Below, piece by piece: positions 35,119-37,630 of a stretch of 37,630 nt of DNA. The notes beneath the pieces are model-generated. The model was not told the DNA's origin. It worked only from the letters and a program-made list of their open reading frames with translations, and ran no database searches. Positions within the stretch are counted from its first letter, which is position 1; every line of letters begins with the position of its first letter. Source of the stretch: Ministeria vibrans ATCC 50519 (taxonomy: Eukaryota; Protista; Filasterea); NCBI GenBank assembly GCA_943704425.1, contig CALSCP010002497.1, positions 201,735 through 239,364 on the forward strand, given 5' to 3'. Both the position numbers and the translations under genes were made by a program.

Positions 35119-36007
35119 ATGAAACCACTTCCCCTCAATGAGAGGATTGCGCGCGCACAAGAGCTGTACACGCTTGGAGTGCGCGTGTGGGTCCCGGACG
35201 ACGAAGGCGAAGTCTGGCAGGAGGCTACGGTCGTCGATGTCAATGAGAACGTTCTTACCGCACAGGTCTGGCCAAAGCGTGCCGCGCTCTCTCTCTCCCT
35301 TCCTCCCCAACTCCCCTATTCACCATTCCCTCCCGCCCCTCCCATCTTTCCCTCTTCCTCTCTGTGTGTCATTGAGCCACAGCGTCTTCTCTGCCGACCA
35401 CACTCGACAGCGAAAGCGGTTCAGCTTTCAGAGTCACCATCACATTCGCATATTGTCTTCCGTCCGTGTGTCTCCCCGCATCGCAGCTCATCATACTCAC
35501 TCCCCCCTCTCCCCCCTTCCCTTGCTCCCTCTCCCTCTAGGATGAACGGTCCACCGCGCACGCGTATGCATTCGCCAAGGTGGACTCGCTGCCACCACTG
35601 CGCAATCCAGACATTCTTGAGTGTGCCAACGATCTCACAACACTCAGCTATCTCCACGAGCCCGCCGTGCTCCACAACCTTCGCGAACGATACAGCCAAA
35701 TGCAGGTAGGCAACAAGCGCTGATTATCGACGGCCAATCGCCAGTGGACGTGTCTCATCATTTCTCCTTTCCTTGACTTGCAGATTTACACCTACTGCGG
35801 CATCATTCTCGTCGCCATCAACCCTTACCAACAACTGCATATTTACGAGCCGGATCTCATGAATGCGTACTCGGGCAAGACCCTCGGCGAGCTTGATCCG
35901 CACATCTTTGCTGTCGCCGAGTCTGCGTTTCGCAACATGACTCTACGAGTACGTTCCCTCTCTCTCTCTATCGCTTTCTTTCTCTCTCACTTTCTCTCTA
36001 TCACTTC

Positions 36008-36055
<48 letters not shown>

Positions 36056-37490
36056 NNNNNNNNNNNNNNNNNNNNNNNNNNNNNNNNNNNNNNNNNNNNN
36101 NNNNNNNNNNNNNNNNNNNNNNNNNNNNNNNNNNNNNNNNNNNNNNNNNNNNNNNNNNNNNNNNNNNNNNNNNNNNNNNNNNNNNNNNNNNNNNNNNNNN
36201 NNNNNNNNNNNNNNNNNNNNNNNNNNNNNNNNNNNNNNNNNNNNNNNNNNNNNNNNNNNNNNNNNNNNNNNNNNNNNNNNNNNNNNNNNNNNNNNNNNNN
36301 NNNNNNNNNNNNNNNNNNNNNNNNNNNNNNNNNNNNNNNNNNNNNNNNNNNNNNNNNNNNNNNNNNNNNNNNNNNNNNNNNNNNNNNNNNNNNNNNNNNN
36401 NNNNNNNNNNNNNNNNNNNNNNNNNNNNNNNNNNNNNNNNNNNNNNNNNNNNNNNNNNNNNNNNNNNNNNNNNNNNNNNNNNNNNNNNNNNNNNNNNNNN
36501 NNNNNNNNNNNNNNNNNNNNNNNNNNNNNNNNNNNNNNNNNNNNNNNNNNNNNNNNNNNNNNNNNNNNNNNNNNNNNNNNNNNNNNNNNNNNNNNNNNNN
36601 NNNNNNNNNNNNNNNNNNNNNNNNNNNNNNNNNNNNNNNNNNNNNNNNNNNNNNNNNNNNNNNNNNNNNNNNNNNNNNNNNNNNNNNNNNNNNNNNNNNN
36701 NNGAAAAGAAAAAAAAAAAAAAAAAAAAAAACGCAAACAATTATTATTACATTACAAAAGACTTACCATTAACAACGCGAAATATATGTTAACACTGTAG
36801 TACATGGAAATTCAATTCAACAGCCAGCGGCACATCGTGGGGGCGACCATGCGCACGTACCTTCTCGAGCGCTCCCGCGTTGTCTTCCAGGTCCAACTCC
36901 CCACAGAACCACAAAACACACCTGCACCTGCACCATTTATAACTCTATATTTTGCTACTCTATAGGCGGCGAACGAGCGAAACTATCACATCTTCTACCA
37001 ACTGTGTGCGGCAGCTCACGCGCGGTCTTCGACCGATCTGCTCTCACTCGCGCTCACAGACCACATCCATGGGCCGCAGGAGAGCAGCAGTGCCCTGGGC
37101 TCGACCGTTTTTGCGTACACTGCCCAGGGTGGCTCCCCCTGTGTTGACGGTGTTGACGATGCCAAAATGTTCGAGGTCACTCGCAAGAGCATGTCCTATG
37201 TCGGTATTGGCTCAAAGGACCAGCACAAGTAACACTAATACAAAGAAGCAAAATCAATGGCATGTCTAAAACATCGTTGTATTCCTACGATTTTAGCATC
37301 TTCCGAATGCTCTCTGCGATTCTGCATTTGGGTGCGATTGAAATCACGTGCTCCAGTCGACGCGACGACAAGGTAAGAGAGAATGACAAAGAGGGGAGTT
37401 TTGTGACTTACCTGATCATTGTTTACACTGTTATAGGCGATCATTCTTGACGACGACGCGCACTTGAACATTGTCGGGACCCTTTTAGAG
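35119..37490 (+). CDS. Class V-like myosin heavy chain, 5' part (interrupted by an N gap, continues beyond the window)
   Basis: [14 protein letters not shown]; [35 protein letters not shown]; [15 protein letters not shown]; [12 protein letters not shown]; [17 protein letters not shown]; [12 protein letters not shown]. Confidence 0.92.
36056..36702. other. Assembly gap (N run)
   Basis: Run of Ns flanked by (CT)n and poly-A. Confidence 1.
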
Positions 37491-37524
37491 GTATCGCACA
37501 CAATGAATAATCATAATAAATTTA

Positions 37525-37630
<106 letters not shown>

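Noticed and set aside
35778-36800. Long ORFs over the gap
   Set aside because: Artefacts of the N run.

Overview
Gene-dense, intron-rich eukaryotic nuclear DNA. Most introns are short GT-AG introns, and many contain microsatellites. The gene content (ERM-like FERM protein, myosin V, ARL13) suggests a flagellated unicellular opisthokont/holozoan, which is an inference. About 19 protein genes can be reconstructed by hand: a ZU5/Ig-like surface protein, a PH-FERM/ERM-like protein, POLD3, a TPP1/Est3-like OB protein, a VPS4-like AAA ATPase, Yippee, NUP42, a longin-like ORF, TRM61, RPL8, ARL13, GatA/QRSL1, an F-box-DTW fusion, RPL7, an IPUT1-like GT8, two small membrane proteins and a partial myosin V. 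The most striking element is a tRNA-Leu(UAA) at 23190-23332, interrupted in its D-loop by a ~54-nt hairpin with archaeal-type bulge-helix-bulge geometry and an internal T7 run. Also notable are the unusually long, densely base-paired 5'-UTR introns of both ribosomal protein genes and the F-box/DTW fusion. All exon models and RNA folds were made by eye; no database searches were run.
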